Source: Monocercomonoides exilis PA203
Lineage: Eukaryota > Protista > Preaxostyla
Direction of reading: 5' to 3'
NCBI GenBank assembly: GCA_001643675.2
Contig: LSRY02000013.1
Location: forward strand, 1,797,175 to 1,861,174
Length of the DNA stretch: 64,000 nucleotides
Shown here: in pieces, positions 62,601 to 64,000 of the stretch
How positions within the stretch are numbered: position 1 is the stretch's first letter
Layout: each line of letters starts with the position of its first letter
Program-made: the position numbers and the translations under genes
Notes under the pieces: generated by a model
Told to the model about the DNA's origin: nothing
What the model saw: only the letters and a program-made list of their open reading frames with translations
Databases searched by the model: none

Positions 62601-64000
62601 ACACTCTGCATGTGTTTTGAGTGTAAGTTTTGTGTTTATTTCGGCTGAGAAGGTCTTTTTCTCTGAAAGGGCCCTCTCACCCGAAATATCACTCAACACC
62701 AAATAGAGTGTGTTTTTCTTTTTCGATAAAAATTACAAAATTTGTGTTGATAGCTCCCTGGCTCCTGTGGCCTGCACAGCAGGCCACACCACTCACCGCG
62801 CCCTCCCCGCCCCGCAAAAAATAATATGAAAATTCGGTTATTTCAGTGAAATGACTGAAAAGAGCCTAGGGCAGCGCGCAGCGCGTTCCTTCCGGCTCGG
62901 AGAGAGTGGGGAGCGCCTTGCAACGCTGTCCTATCACTCTCTCCCCATTCACACACACTCTGCATGTGTTTTGAGTGTAAGTTTTGTGTTTATTTCGGCT
63001 GAGAAGGTCTTTTTCTCTGAAAGGGCCCTCTCACCCGAAATATCACTCAACACCAAATAGAGTGTGTTTTTCTTTTTCGATAAAAATTACAAAATTTGTG
63101 TTGATAGCTCCTGGCTCCTGTGGCCTGCACAGCAGGCCACACCACTCACCGCGCCCTCCCCGCCCCGCAAAAATAATATGAAAAATTCGGTTATTTCAGT
63201 GAAATGACTGAAAAGAGCCTAGGGCAGCGCGCAGCGTTCCTTCCGGCTCGAGAGAGTGGGGAGCGCCTTGCAACGCTGTCCTATCACTCTCTCCCCCATT
63301 CACACACACTCTGCATGTGTTTTGAGTAAGTTTTGTGTTTATTTCGGCTGAGAAGGTCTTTTTCTCTGAAAGGGCCCTCTCACCCGAAATATCACTCAAC
63401 ACCAAATAGAGTGTGTTTTTCTTTTTCGATAAAAATTACAAAATTTGTGTTGATAGCTCCTGGCTCCTGTGGCCTGCACAGCAGGCCACACCACTCACCG
63501 CGCCCTCCCCGCCCCGCAAAAATAATATGAAAAATTCGGTTATTTCAGTGAAATGACTGAAAAGAGCCTAGGGCAGCGCGCAGCGCGTTCCTTCCGGCTC
63601 GGAGAGAGTGGGGAGCGCCTTGCAACGCTGTCCTATCACTCTCTCCCCATTCACACACACACTCTGCATGTTTTGATGTTTATTTCGGCTGAGAAGGTCT
63701 TTTTTCTCTCTGAAAGGGCCCTCTCACCCGAAATATCACTCAACACCAAATAGAGTGTGTTTTTCTTTTCGATAAAAATTACAAAATTTGTGTTGATAGC
63801 TCCTGGCTCCTGTGGCCTGCACAGCAGGCCACACCACTCACCGCGCCCCCCCGCCCCGCAAAATAATATGAAAAATTCGGTTATTTCAGTGAAATGACTG
63901 AAAAGAGCCTAGGGCAGCGCAGCGCGTTCCTTCCGGCTGGCTCGGAGAGTGGGGAGCGCCTTGCAACGCTGTCCTATCACTCTCTCCCCATTCACACACA
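53692..64000. repeat. Tandem array of ~355-bp near-identical, hairpin-rich units (about 29 copies, continuing past the window end)
   Basis: Period of 356-357 bp in the first copies (54020, 54376, 54733). Differences between copies are almost all small indels, mostly in homopolymer or dinucleotide runs. Confidence 0.97.

Noticed and set aside
53586-63753. Repeated 60-100 aa ORFs (MVLSDISGER...) as a gene array
   Set aside because: They start at TTG rather than ATG, change frame from copy to copy and have no recognisable domain. They are by-products of the repeat.
53692-64000. CRISPR-like or cassette array
   Set aside because: There are no variable spacers; the units are identical throughout apart from small indels. 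No cas genes are present.
53692-64000. Hammerhead retrozyme, SRP RNA, 5S rRNA or tRNA in the unit
   Set aside because: No CUGANGA core was found on either strand. CCGGAAGG lacks the SRP helix-8 internal loop, and no 5S or tRNA pattern was recognised by eye. Other ribozyme classes are not excluded.

Overview
AT-rich eukaryotic DNA with GT-AG introns, TTAGGG repeats and the standard code. The gene families resemble those of an oxymonad protist such as Monocercomonoides; this is an inference from family recognition, not from a search. Positions 1-41 kb are a repeat-rich multigene region. It holds beta-helix-type surface protein genes and fragments, six copies of an expanded helical (ARM-like) intron-containing gene family with patchwork identity between neighbours, a 30-aa-repeat gene, decayed pseudogenes and microsatellites. 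A nested transposon cluster lies at 3.4-9.7 kb: a TA-flanked MITE, a GGG...CCC MITE with a 4-bp TSD, and a 3.8-kb element with 456-bp TIRs and a 4-bp TSD. That element carries a captured host gene fragment and splits a pogo-like transposase whose frame is restored when the insert is removed. From about 41.2 kb there is an unusual mobile-looking block. On the - strand, a USP (C19) cysteine-protease ORF is in frame with a Sola-type DDD transposase. It is followed by an interstitial (TTAGGG)4. On the + strand, a roughly 1000-aa tyrosine recombinase ends in a Myb-like domain and has no RT. After an AT-rich spacer comes a GCGAAGC hairpin junction and a >10-kb array of about 29 near-identical, hairpin-rich ~355-bp units that runs off the window end.
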